Source: Chiloscyllium plagiosum (lineage: Eukaryota). Taken from it: a DNA stretch of 64,000 nucleotides. The translations under genes were made by a program, and so were the position numbers. The stretch spans positions 14,173,937-14,237,936 of the forward strand of contig NC_057753.1 in the NCBI RefSeq assembly GCF_004010195.1. Reading direction: 5' to 3'. This document shows positions 36,501-49,750 of this stretch, piece by piece; within the stretch, counting starts at the first letter, position 1; each line of letters starts with the position of its first letter. Below the pieces are notes generated by a model. The model saw only the letters and a list, made by a program, of their open reading frames with translations, did not search any database and was not told where the DNA came from.

Positions 36501-36657
36501 GGGGATTGCAGAGATGCTCGATTTTCGCAGATAACATAGTAATCTATGTCGCAACTTTGCTAAAAAAGAAACCTGAAGCTATATCAAAAACGTTTGGACA
36601 TGCTTCACATGGGGAACAAAAGCAACAAATTCACATATCTTTTTTCCCCCTCAGATG

Positions 36658-36970
36658 TGGGCGTCACGGTGGCACAGTGGTTAGCACTGCTGCCTCACAG
36701 CGCCAGAGACCCGGGTTCATATCCCACCTCAGGCTACTGACTGTGTGGAGTTTGCACGTTCTCCCTGTGTCTGCGTGGATTTCCTCCGGGTGCTCCGGTT
36801 TCCTCCCACAGTCCAAAGATGTGCAGGTAAGGTGAATTGGCCGTGCTAAAATGCCCGTAGTGTTAGGTAAGGGGTAAATGTAGGGGTATGGGTAGGTTGC
36901 GCTTCAGCGGGTCGGTGTGGACTTGTTAGGCAGAAGGGTCTGTTTCCACACTGTAATGTAATCCAAAAAA
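36658..36970 (+). mobile_element. tRNA-derived SINE (HE1-like)
   Basis: Highly similar to 25187-25490. Confidence 0.92.
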
Positions 36971-37137
36971 TCTAAATAACAAAATAAGAAAAGAATAAAA
37001 TAGTGTGAGAATGGAACCAGGAAGAATGTTGGAAAGCTGAGTCAAACATCTATGGGACAATGATTTGCTAAACAGTTTGGTGAGAATGGCGACAGAAAAA
37101 CGATGCCTGGAGCTACAGGATAGGCACAGCTTCAAAG

Positions 37138-37572
37138 GAGGAGAAAGTGAGGAGTGCAGATGCTACAGATCAGAGTCGAGAATGTGGTGCTGGAAAAGCA
37201 TAGCAGTACAGGCAGCATCCGAGGAGCCGGAGAATCAACTATTTGGGCTTAAGTCCTTCACCTGGAGTCATTCCTGATCAAAGGCTTATGCTTGGAATGT
37301 CGATTCTCCTGTTTCCCAGAAGCTGCCTGGCCTACTATGCTTTTGCAGCACCACACTGTCGACTCTAATCTCCGACATTTGAAGTCCTCACTTTCTCCTG
37401 GTTGATTTCAAACCCACTGCGAAGCTTCTTCCAGGAATGCCAACTTTGAAAAGTTTCCCCTCCTCTCTCTCTGCAGTCATTCCTGATGAAGGGCCTATGC
37501 TAGAAACTTGCATTCTCCTGCTCCTCAGATGCTTCCTGACATGGTGTGCTTTTCCAGCACCACACTCTCACC
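37138..37572. mobile_element. Penelope terminal-repeat cluster: inverted pair plus a direct copy
   Basis: Minus copy ~37138-37266, plus copy ~37270-37400, third plus copy ~37478-37572, all with degenerate hammerhead cores. Confidence 0.8.
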
Positions 37573-40500
37573 AGTTTCAACGTAGGCATTTACCTAAAAC
37601 CCCATTAATGTCTGTCTTTGTAGTATGCTTGTCAAACAGTCATCAATCGATCGATCGGTGGATCTAATAATCTGTTTCTCGATATATCAACTTTTCTCTC
37701 AACCTATCTGTCTGTCTATTTTTCTATCTGTCTATCTACCTATCTTTCTGTCTTTCTATTGCTGTGGACTAGGTCAAACCCTCAAAACATTCTTAAGCAG
37801 ACAGCCAGGACTGTAACTTTGCAATTTGTTTCATAAGTATATAGTGCAATTTTCCCGGAGTAACTTAGCGACATTGACTACCAGGTTTTAAAATAGGCAA
37901 CAGTCAGATCACAAAATTAGGAATGAAACATAAAGAACAGAATAAAATAACAGCCAGTGAACTCCGTAAATCCAAACTAGACTTAATTATGTGGTTCTGA
38001 ATATGTCCAACAGTCCCAATAAACAAAACCTTGAAACACAGAGCAAAAAAATTAAGCAAAGGCTTACAGGTCGAAGTTAGAAGGCAGAAGGAGAGACAAT
38101 TTAGCAGCCTGTTTCGACACAGCTCCACAGTTGAACTTCGAACCAAGTCCTGAGTTGAACTGCTCAACTTGCGAGCTGCTCACACCCCCTTGACTTAAAC
38201 AGGTTACTTCTAAAAACATAAAAACTTTGTCTTAAAGTCTCATCTCCTTACGTATAAGTTTAAAAAAAACTTTTCATTTCTGTACCAAACCCACATGTTT
38301 CCTAGCCCGGAGTGTTTTGTGGGCCCACAGAAAAGTATCAAGGACACAGTAATCTTGCAAAAAGAACCACAAAATGATACCAATCAATATCAAAAGATGG
38401 CTACATTTTTAAAACTCTTCATATAAAAACTAGTAAGTCGTCTAAAATACACATATACACTGCACTAACTGCATACATGCAAACAGAAACAACCACGTGC
38501 GAATTTAGGCCGTGGCACAGCCACCAATGAATGCCTCCATATCTCATTCGAGTCTCGACAATGCATCGGCAATCACGTTTTTACGACCAGCCACATGCAC
38601 ATTTGTCAAATTGAATGGCTGAAATGGAAAGCTGCATTGAAAAAATCTGGTATTTTCGTTCTTAGATTTCTCCACAACTATGAATGGGTTATGATCAGTG
38701 TTAATAATTGTCTCAGGTGCGTTGCTGGTAACTGAAATGTTGTCATGCCAACAATATGCTCACAGTCTCTCCACCGTTGAATATTTCTGTTAATGAACGG
38801 TCAATGTCCTGGAAAACTATCCGATGGGTCTTTCTATTCTTTCGTCGTCCTCCTACAACCACATCCACAGAACAGAACATAGATTGGAAAAGCTGTTAGA
38901 GTTGGAATTCGGTTCTTCTGCATCATTACAGGTTGACGAGGTGACAGGTTCAGGAGGAATTAGGTCAAAATCTTTAATAATACTATTTTGTCTCCATAAT
39001 CATTGGCTTACAAAATTGTACAGTAGAAACAACTTTACAAACCTACATCTGATGACTTGACTATGACAGAGAACTGCAAAGTGTTAAAGACCGATAGGCA
39101 ATATAATATATATGGTGCAATTCTGAGACATGTTTTCGATTTAATTCTCAATTACACCTTATGAATGGTGTCCACATTTTGGGAGTTCTGAATTTTAAGA
39201 TTCCACTTAATCATAGCTAACACTATATTGAAGTGAAATTCCAGAATTAATAATGAATGTCGTGGAATCTAGTTAATTCTCTACCTGATGAACAAATTCG
39301 ATTGGCGATTTTTACAATGTGATAAAAGTCTAAACTTTAATAATAACCATGCCTTTCTGCATCTGTCTGAAACTGTCTCATTGTAAGAGAATTTGAAAAT
39401 GCGAGTGAGGACTGCACAATGTGCAGGAAGCCTCTCTCCTTCCAGAGACATGTCAGAAAAATAGTCCTGACGATGTTGTAGAGCTTGTTTTGGGTTGGGC
39501 CAGTCCCCTGAGAAGTCTTGGAACTCGACTGTGGTGTGGAGTATGTAGAACTCCAAAAATTCCGAAATATCTTACTGTGCTTCAAATAACTCAGAAAATT
39601 GCCAGCTTTGTGTCCGGTCCCCATTTTGTTAGGGTTCCTGACGATTCATTTGATCAAATACAGATACAGCGTTTGAAAGTGTACTCTTGGGTTTTGATAC
39701 CCTCTGTGAATTCGTAAAGTCTCTACTTCGAAAGGCAACAATACATCTAACTGTATCAACGACGGGGAAATTTGATCATATGCTACATTTTCTGATAGAA
39801 CGAAGAGGTATAATAATGTGCTTGTGCTCTGGCCGTGACTGCTGTCTGTTCTCAATATATTTGTGTATCGGTCCACAGCGCATTGTCCTTTGTGTGTGTA
39901 GGAGATCTCTACTCCTCTCTACACCATGCTTCAACTGCTCGACTCTGTGGGAAAGGACACTGCAGTATACTTTGGATTCTGTCAGTGATCTACTCACAAG
40001 ACAGGTTCCTTCCACAGCCAATGATTGCACAACCTCAAGTCCATTGCATTTTGTTTACTTTGAGACTGGGACAATTGTCTTAGGCAGTGCAGACAAAATT
40101 TAAACAATGTTATTGTGGCGTGGGCTGTTGCGCTGCGAAGGTTTTCAGCAGCGTTTTGTTAATTCTATGCTTAAAAAATACGGCTCTTACTTAAACTCAC
40201 GGGCGATTTGAAGTTTGCCTAAATGGCAATGGAATCTTAATGCTTCGGGATCAATATACCTTTATTCTGAAAATCGAAACATGCTTCCATCTATCTTCGT
40301 CTCCAACCAAGGGTTTTTATTGGCTCGGTGTCCTCTGGTTCTGCTTTCATTCTCCTAGGCTTTTGCTGTCTACTTCAAAGACGTTTTGCACAGGGTTTGC
40401 AAAAGCTTCACAGATGCAAAGACGTTGGGATGAATAAAGAAACGACCAAAACGAATGGATTGTTGAAAGGCCATCGAATATGATAGGCATATAGAGAGAC

Positions 40501-41214
40501 GAAGAGCCAGGGAGTCTATAATGTAAAAAGCGAGTGTAAGATGGAGGAACGCTTTAAGAAATTATCTAAGAGATTGTGATGGACAGAAAGAGATCGAGAA
40601 AGATGTTAATGTAGTGGGCGACAGAGGGAGAAATATGAGGAGAACAGTATAAAATGAGGGCATTGATGGAGTCAGAAATAAATAGGAGGGAGAGAGGAAG
40701 AAAGCAAGAGAGAAAATTAGATGGATGTGGATATAAAGGAAGAAATGCAGTTTCAACCACATGATGTTGGATAAGTATGACAGTTAGTTGCTTCTGACAG
40801 TTGCTCAGATGATGTAAGAAGCGATTCACCACGTCGAATCCATCCACAGAAGCAGAGGAGTGATAGAGGAAGATCCAGACAGACATAGAGACACACGGAC
40901 TGACAGAAGCAGAGAAATTAAACTAATACCACACAGCAAAAATGAAAGACTGTCACAACGAGATAAGGATACCATGAGAGGACAAAATATGAAATATTCT
41001 GAGAGAAGTATACAAGCCACGATATTAGCTAATCACATCTTTGGACCGTGCCTACAATTCAATAATATCATGGAAAATGTTCAACCTTAAATTAACCATT
41101 CAGCGTTATGGGAAAACAAAAGCAAAATTCCATCTGCATTGAATTTAACCAGCTCTGTTATTGACACTTTCAAGTATTAAACACTCTGAAATATTAAGGT
41201 GGAGAATCAAAGCA

Positions 41215-41530
41215 TGTGGGTGGCACGATGGTTTAGTGGTCAGCACTGCTGCCTGACAGCGATAGAGACTGTGGTTCAGTACCAGACTTCCACGACTGTC
41301 TGTGTGGAGTTTGCACATGTCTCCACCATCTGCATGGGATTCCTCCGGGTGTTTCGGTTACCTCTCCCAATCCAAAGATTTGCAAGCTAGTTCGATTGTC
41401 TACGGGGAATGTAGGACTGCAGGGATATGGTAGAAGTATGGTCTGAGTGAGAAGAATGTCGTCGAATCTATGTGGACTTGATGAGATGAAAGGCCTGCTT
41501 TCACACAGCTGCAGTTTTGCATTCTATGCA
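41215..41530 (+). mobile_element. Degenerate tRNA-derived SINE
   Basis: gtggcacgatgg..tagtggtcagcactgctgcc..gtgtggagtttgcacatgtctcc. Confidence 0.7.
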
Positions 41531-43522
41531 AAGTTATGAATGCTTAAATAATTCTGTCAGCGTCAGTCGACAGCTCGTTCAAAAGCCGTGGATGGGCAGA
41601 AGTTCCCCTGGAAGAGACAGGTCGGTGCGTTGGAAGTGTTCAGGAAGGATAAGGAGAAGGAGGGAGCATTAGCACCTGGCCCACAACGATTCGAAGATTG
41701 GCACCATATCTTGATCTTGACAGAAAGTCTCTGATTCTCTGAAGGAAATGGAGTAAAGGCGTTTTTGAGTTCCCCCATCTTCGTTCACGTAAATATTATT
41801 CATTCATCATGCTTCGCAAGTGTGGCAAATGTTCAATTTTACAATGTCTCATATTCTCAGTCCAACCCCATGGGGGCAGAGTAGATGTTAATACATTGAG
41901 TTTTTTTAAAAAAAAAGACGATCGTGGAAATGGGACCAAAACAAACAGAGAGCTGAAGACGATGACGAAACACGGTGGAAGGAGAATTCCAGTTAAACAC
42001 AAACAAAGTGAATGAAGAAGTGTGTAAATCCCAGTTAACAAAGTCTGAACAACGATGCAAAACCCTTTCAATGTGAGGAAAGTAAGCTGAGTAATGAGGA
42101 GGTAAAATGCGATCACAGTTAGCTGCTGGTAGGGATAAAGAAATACTAAAGGCTTAGTTGTCCTTGAAAGGAAATTAGTGTATCAATGAGATTGGGCTTT
42201 AGGATCACCCTCGTTCTTTTTTTTTAAAATAACCCGATGCATACACCCCAGCAAGAGTGCTAAACTAATTTATTTAATCAGAGATTTTTATTTAGGATTT
42301 TGAATGCACTGCCTGGGAGAGTGCTGGACAGGAATTCCAAAGCAGGATTGAAAAGAGAATGGATACGTATTTAAAAGTTTGCAATTTGGAGATATAAGGA
42401 GAAATGTTGAAGATAGGGACAAACTAAGTAGCTCTTTCAGAAGCAGAAATATGTGTGATAGCCCGAATGGCCTGTTTCTGAGCTGTAAAATTTTATCGTT
42501 CCATGAGTGTATGATATTCTAACTGTAAAGTGTTTAACCTCTCGATTAGCCTCTCCATAACTTTCTCCATGCTCTTTGTGTCAACCTCTATAGATGCCTT
42601 TCGATATAACATCGTGCCACTACAAGTTTGGCGTTTGTATATTCGTGTTACTCCTCCAAATCATTAGTTTTTTGAGAAATAAATGTGACTCGAGGACTAA
42701 GCACTGTGGCACAACTATATTCACAGGTTGGCATTCTGAAGCGCCCTCATCTTCTGTACTTGCATTTTTTCTTCGATCACTGAGAAAATCTTTCACCCAA
42801 CATTAGGCAATAGCTCAGTGGGATTGTCACTTTTAATCCGATATGGCAGATGGCAGAGTCTGAAATATTTTTTTGAAAACAAAAGTCAAGATTTCAGAGT
42901 TTAATGATAATCATGAATTCATGTCATGTGGTTGGCTGACACTCCGTCAGTTGATTATTTCCAGGTAAAATCTTCACAGGCCCATTAGAACGAAGGAATG
43001 CTCATGCATTAGACAGAGATAAACGGCACTGGCTTAAATTCAGCAACACTATTCCTCCCAGTGGTGGGATTGAGAAGGAGAGTCGCTTATAATAAGGTCA
43101 ACCAGAAGGCGAATTCATGCCTCTCGGTTCATGGTACTCTCCATCACAAACCAGGCAGCCTAGCTAAGCAACTCTCATGCACGCAGATAAATAAGAACAT
43201 ACATACAATACAAATACATTCACGGGGTGGATGTGTGCGTGTGGACTGCGGATTGGTGGCAGTGCTGGTACCTGAGATAGATGCTGGGTCGTCAATATGT
43301 AATGCAGTTATCACTGAGCTGACGTACTCTATTAACTGAGTGACAGTAAGCCAATAAGCTCTCCTCCTCCAGCCCACGTTGCTCCAGAAAATTACCGCTG
43401 AACCAAGGCAGTGAGGTGAGAGCATCCAGATTCATGACAACTATACGTTTAGGGCAGAGTTTATAGGATTGATAGCTTCAGCTATGCCACTGTCCAGTTA
43501 AACTGAAGACAGCAACAATACA

Positions 43523-44010
43523 ATCAGCATCTGGTTTGCGTGGGGAGCATTTCTGATAGGTAAATTAGGAGGAAATGAAATTTACATTTTGTTTTTTGGC
43601 ATCATATTTTAAACTAACACTAGAATGACAGTTTACAATTGATCTCTGTTTTTGCTTTCAGACCTGAGTCATAGTGATTCTGTCATTCAGTCACCCTCGT
43701 CAATTGTTCAGACAGAAGGAGAGGCAGTGACTCTCAACTGTACCCATGATACTACATTTGGCAGGTATGCATTACTCTGGTATCGACAACACGAAAACAT
43801 ACAGCCTGAGTGTATTCTGTGGACAGATACAGACGGTGATGAGGTTAAAGGAAGTTTCGCTGAAGATCGCTTCTCTGCAGAACTTGAGAACTCCAAGAAA
43901 GTCACCAGTTTGACTATCACTGAGCTCGAGCTAATTGACTCTGCCGTGTATTACTGCACTTTATCAGACACACGGTGATGAGAAACAGTTTCACTTCTGC
44001 AACAAAATAT
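43523..44010 (+). pseudogene. TCR V7 (family B): open V exon 43662-43970 but leader lacks a usable ATG
   Basis: Leader relic ISIWFAWGAFLI with donor at 43560; in-frame TAA at 43499 separates it from ATG 43484; DLSHSDSVIQ..LNC..WYRQ..DSAVYYCTLSD; CACGGTG (43971-43977) + 24 nt + ACAAAATAT. Confidence 0.85.
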
Positions 44011-45529
44011 TGCCTTTGGGATGTCGTTTGGCCTCTATCTATGGCGTGTATGTGAAGTCCCGGACAACTACAAAGTGCTGCCAGAAGCACACCGAGAGGA
44101 AACCAAAGTAACCTCTAATGAAATGGTCAGCCAACTGTACACTGGCGCTGCTGAGAAAATAAAAACTGCAGACTCCGAGCACACTAACTGTTACAAAAGA
44201 GAATCACTTGTGAGCACAACCATTCTAAAACCTACTCTCAGCAATCTACTTTTGCGAGATTTGTAGAGAGAGATTTGGATTTCAGTTAAAAGAAGCAACC
44301 CAAATAATCAGTTTGAATTTAACGTGAATTATTCCACCCCGCCATTCTGAGAAAGAAGGAACCAAAGATTAGTCTGTTAGCTAGCCAGGTGTTAATAAAA
44401 TATTCTCGCATTGGGATACTGCATGAAGTGAAGCAGGCATCGAGGAGAATACAAAGGTTGCGCCTGTTTTATGAATCATTCACTTGCATTGTGAAATTTG
44501 CACAATATGTTCAAGCCATCCATGACACAGAAACTCACTCTGAGCAAATAAACCCTTTGACAAGGTGATGCTTTGAATCTGGGGTACTGACACGGGTGAT
44601 TGAGAAAGGGCTGTTAAAATTAAGAGGCTGTTAAGCTTTGGGAAACGAAAGTGGGATAGAGAAGAAGGCGAGACTTAATCCATTGAAGGGTGATGAATGT
44701 AACCAGCAGACGGAGAAAGATAAACAATTCAATACATTACAGGGGCAGAATTAGACAAATTTAACCATTGGAACAGCTCTGTCACAACAACACGTCGCCA
44801 GCGAATTGATTGTGTCCAGCTTGAATGACGAAGTGTGAACGACTGGAAACAAAAATTCAAAGGTTGACTCTTTCGAGTTCAAACAGATGGTTAATTGCCT
44901 ATTCAAACACGTTCCCAGATTTCAATATAAGTGCAACGGTGGAAGGTAAATTACTACTCCCACGTTTGGAAACAGACTTGATGACCTTTTGCAGTGCTTT
45001 TTGCGACACATTATCATCTGCAGCTTCTTGTTCCATTGATCAGGGAGTAATTGCTTAAGCCACCTCTGGGCTTCCAATTAACAAGAGTGTTTATTGCTGG
45101 ATACTGAGGAGATTCTTGCGGTTTCTAGGCCTGCTGCACACTTAAATCCAAGTAAAAAGATTTCCATCACAGTCACAAATTTTGAGCCGAATTTACCAAA
45201 ACACAGCACGTGCCAGAATGCAACATTTTCCAATAATTACTGCAAATGCAACAAATCCATTATCCTGCAAAAATCTCATCCTATGATGAAACGTTTCGGA
45301 GATTTTAAAAACAACGAGTTACCGTGGATTGTAGTCAATATTATGATATCAAAAATGAGATCTTGAGCTGCACACAGAAAACGTACTCACAGACAGACAT
45401 GTGTGAGCTACAAAGACAATCGAACGGAGTCATTAAGACATATGGTTTGTGCAGGTCTCAGGCGCTGTGAGGCAGCAGTGCTAACCACTGTGCCACCGTG
45501 CCGCCCACATATGCTGAAAGTAACAAGAA

Positions 45530-45890
45530 GGTTAAGATAGATAGACCATAAGATTGCAAATCATATGGGCAAAAGAACATACAGTCATCCACCGAGAGTG
45601 CTATGCAATTCAGCTAGAACATAGCTGATCTGATCATCTTCAAATCCAGTTTTGTTTTGCATTTACCCTATTATCATTCACTATACTTGGAAACCGAACC
45701 TCAACTGGCCTCTGTGGTAAAGAATGCCACAGATTCACCACCATTCGAGAAACAGAATTGCTGCGGACCGCTGATGTAACTACCTGAAAATGACAGTCAT
45801 TCAGGAATATATACTCTGGTCTATACGCACCCACAAGGTGAAACACCTCTCTGTATCTATACGGTTAAGGGCCCAAAGAATCTTCACTTG
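45530..45890 (-). mobile_element. CR1 3' fragment
   Basis: RMVVNLWHSLPQRPVE motif in ORF 45640..45846. Confidence 0.7.
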
Positions 45891-45899
45891 GCGGGGCGG

Positions 45900-46595
45900 G
45901 TAAGTGGGTGTAGGATGCTGATGGAGGTAAGATGTTGATAGTTCACATTAAGTGAGCGAAATGTGAGAATGGCAGAACAATGGCGTGCTCCCTGCCAGAC
46001 CTAAAACGACAGACAGTTCCAATAGAATAGCGGAAGGGAGGCAGGACATGACAGCAAGTTGAAAGAAAGGGATGTAATGGGAGCAGCTTCACAATTTAAA
46101 CGTGTTGAACTCAGTAACAAGTCCATAAGGCTTTGAAGTGCCCAATGTGAATATAAGATGTTGTTCCTCCAATTTCAGCTGTGACTCATTGTGACAACGC
46201 AGCATGCTGAGGACAGGCATGGGCGCATGGCGACCAGGACGTTGTGCAAAAATGACCGGCCATGGGACTGACATGGTGGTGCTTGCATAAAAAACGGAGG
46301 TGTTCTGCAATGTGCGCTCAGTCTGTGTTTGCCTTCTCCAAAGTAAAGTTGGCCAGATAGGGCACAACAAAAAGAATACGCAAGACTGGAGGAGGTACAG
46401 GCGAAATGCTGCTTCACATGGAAAGACTGTCTGGGCCCTGAATGGTAAGCCGAGTGGAGGTAATTTGACAGGTGTTGCGCCTTCTGCGGTTACATGGGAA
46501 GATGCCTTGGGGGGGGGGGGGCGGTTAGTGTTTGTGTTCGTGGAATGAGTTAGGTTTTCCCAGAGGGAATGATCCCTGCAAAATGCAGATGGGGC
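45900..46595 (-). mobile_element. Decayed Penelope-like GIY-YIG fragment
   Basis: MKQHFACTSSSLAY..LYFGEGKHRL and LEEQHLIFTLGT..GL..EFNTF motifs. Confidence 0.75.
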
Positions 46596-47428
46596 GTCTC
46601 AAATTCGGAAATGGAATAAAATAGCTACAGGACTGTGAGAGCTAAACTCCACAAAACTCAACAAGATAACAGCAAACCTTGTTCCGACAACACAATCGGT
46701 CTTTATTAACAAGTAAACTGCATACAGAATGGCTGAACTTGGAAAGAGGTAGAGTTGATTACAGCTCAAATTCTCTCTCACAAGTTTGCACTCACAGACA
46801 GAATAGCAGAAATATTTATACTTAAAACTTAACAATAGCTATCAATAACTATCATTGGAGGTTAGTCATCTATTAGACTGGTACATTGAATTATGATCTG
46901 TGTTATTACTTGCGAGGTTTATCATATTGACTTCACAAAACCTTGTGCCACATAGGTTAACTCATCACCATCATGTATTCTCCAGTGAAAAAAGTAAGAA
47001 AAACAAGGAAATAAGCAAAAAATGAAAGTCACTAATAAGGCCATTGTGAACTCAACATCTTCATGATGCTGAATTTGAATATTTGTCATGTGCTCAAATG
47101 ATGTGTTTCCTGAATGCAGCCGTGACCGTTAATGTGACATTACTTTTACTCATCGTTACATCATTTTAATTTTGACTAAATGTTGCATCATGAGATGCTT
47201 CAACTGTGGAAAGGACAAAATAGTGTCCAGTGAGACATGTCAGAGAAGCAGACACTGTCATCTAAGAAATAAGACATAACATAATTTGCAATCTCTGTTA
47301 ACAGTAATCATATTTCCATCATTAGTAGTTGTACAGATCAGTTATCACATCGCCTGAAGAAACAAGTTGTCTCAACTGTTCCATAGATAAAAATACCATT
47401 CCATCATTTAGCCGCCAGAGGACGACAT

Positions 47429-47439
47429 AGTGACGTACA
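47429..47439 (+). promoter_or_regulatory. CRE-like element upstream of V8
   Basis: AGTGACGTACA ~210 nt upstream of ATG 47650. Confidence 0.4.
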
Positions 47440-47649
47440 TCGCCCATTTTCTAACCATATTCGAGCAGCAAAACAGGGACAGCCTTGCCCATAGCTTCCA
47501 TTTGAATTTCTTGCTCTGCCCCACAGTGCCCATTGTATGCAGTTCTACAATCGCTACTGTTTAGATTACAGTCCAGCGCAGCAGCAGTCCGTATCATTGC
47601 CTAAACAGATAATTTTTCGGACTGCTGTGTTACGGAATCAGGCAGGACC

Positions 47650-48121
47650 ATGCAGACACTGCTTGCAGTGCTTCTCATCATTATACCATTGCTCAGTAAG
47701 TATCTCTTGTCGAATCTGTTCTGGAAGCGTGCTGTCAGGAACATATTTTTACCGCTGCGAAACTGACCAAGGTAATTGTGGTTAAAACTATAACGAGAAA
47801 TCCGGTTTTTTTCCTAGATTGGAGCCAGCAAGCAACAGTGGAGCAACCAGACCCTGAAACGATGGTTGAAGAGCAAAGCAAAGTTACACTAACCTGCATT
47901 TTAAAAAGAAGCAGCAATCGAATGTACATCTACTGGTATAGTCATCGCCTTGGACAGGCTCCACATCTAATCGTTCGAATTATAGGAGAGAATCTAAAAA
48001 AGAATGGAAACTTTCCTGAACGTTTCTCTTCAATGTTTGATAGTGTTAACAAAATTACCAAGCTAAAGATCAGCAATGTACTTATTTCTGATTCTGCAAT
48101 GTACTACTGTGCTTTGGACCC
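47650..48121 (+). CDS. TCR alpha/delta-type V segment V8 (family C), intact; leader 47650-47695, V exon 47818-48121
   Basis: Leader MQTLLAVLLIIIPLL with gtaagt donor; NWSQQATVEQ..VTLTC..IYWYSHRLGQAPHLIV..DSAMYYCALDP. Confidence 0.92.
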
Positions 48122-48161
48122 CACGGTGACACAGATATATAGAAGATCCTGTACATAAACC
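48122..48161 (+). other. RSS of V8 (24-nt spacer)
   Basis: CACGGTG (48122-48128) + 24 nt + ACATAAACC (48153-48161). Confidence 0.85.
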
Positions 48162-48699
48162 CATACCAGATGCCCCAGGTGGTGAACAGCCCGATGTAAT
48201 CTAACAACAGTAAATCGAATTTACAGTTCATTCTCTGCCATTCCCTGCATTAATTGTCGAACCAGTCATGAAATATTTAGTCATTTGACCTTCTGCCTCA
48301 TTTCCTGCAACCAACAAATCTACTCTGGAAAAGCATGACAAGCTCATATTTTCATCATCATAGTGGCTTGCCACAGCAGTCATAGCGGGCAAATGTTATT
48401 TGTCTACTTGTTGGGAAATAATACTTTTAAGGAAATCTGAGTGTGTCACTGCCTCGTGGTATTCATTTTTGCCCAAACTATCTGTAGCCTGGTAAGTCAT
48501 GTTTCTGAGCTGCATTTCCGATCCTCATGGCACTGTACTGCCGATCAAACTAATGTCAATTTTTGAGCAATAGAGAAATCGGTCCACATACTCAAGTAAG
48601 GCGAGACAGATCGGAGAACAATTTTAAAAAAGGCAAACGAGAGCTGTGAAGGGAGTTGCTAAAGAATCCAGCATCAATAGAACAGGAGAAAGAAGGACA

Positions 48700-49750
48700 T
48701 TTAAATTGTCATATGAACTATGAGCAGAGGTTTGGCCATACTGTCCTGCAAGCCTGCTCCACCATGCAACATGACCATGGATAATCATTGATCTCAATGC
48801 CAGATTCCACTTATGTCCCCATACTCGTTGACTTCTTTAAATTTTAAAACTGCATGTATCGCTTTCTTGGATATTTTCAGTCACCTACCCTTGAGAACAT
48901 TCTGTGCTACAGACTTCCACAGGTTCAATACTCTGCCTGAATATTTCTTCAACTGTCTCAGTCATAAGTAGACCATCCTGTATACTGAGAGCATGTACTT
49001 TGGTTAAGGAATCCCCATTCAGAAAAAGCTCCTTTCTGCATTTAATCCGCCCAACCATGTAGAACATTTTACATTTCAGTAAGTTATCCTATCACCCTTC
49101 TAAACTGTCATAAAGAGACAAACTACTTATATAACAGTCCTGCCATCTTCTGTATTAGCCAGGTAAACTAGCATTATATGAAAATCTGTCATTTCTTGTG
49201 TACAGAAGCAAACTATCACGCACAATACTCTAGGTATCAAGGCACCAAGACAATGAATAAATGTAGAAACACAGCCATACTTTTAACTGGTATCGTCTTG
49301 CAATGAAGGTGCATAAATCGTTTGCCTTCTGAATTGCTTTCTACAGCTGCCTGTCTGTTTTCATTGAGTGATGTTCATGGACATTCAAATTATTTTCTAC
49401 AGTCATGATTCCAAAAATTATTACAACTTCAAAAAGACTCTTGTTCTCTGTCTTTCACACCAATTTATATTACTTCACACGTAAACACGTTCTACACAAT
49501 CTGCCATGTTTTTAACTACTTGCTCAACTTGTCTAAGGTACTGCGATGCCCCCTTGTCTCATTTGCACAATTCGCAACTGTGCACAATTACGTGTCCTCA
49601 ACAAATGTGGAAACGCTGAATGTGGCTCTTTCATCTCATTTGAATGTGTCATGAATAACTGGGCTTAAGCGCCGATTATTATCGTACACCATCCATGACT
49701 GCCTGCCACCGTTACCATGTGCTTTAATTCGCCAACGTATCTCTTACGCG
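48700..49750 (-). mobile_element. Old CR1/L2-type LINE remnant
   Basis: Degenerate similarity to the reverse complement of the other CR1 RT and 3' UTR copies. Confidence 0.55.

Noticed and set aside
37763-38371. Possible solo LTR (TGTGG...CCACA)
   Set aside because: No target-site duplication and no second copy in the window to confirm boundaries
39594-39625. WGPDTKLAIF as a free-standing J segment
   Set aside because: No upstream 12-RSS and the motif is WGxD rather than WGxG; considered only as part of the tentative VJ relic
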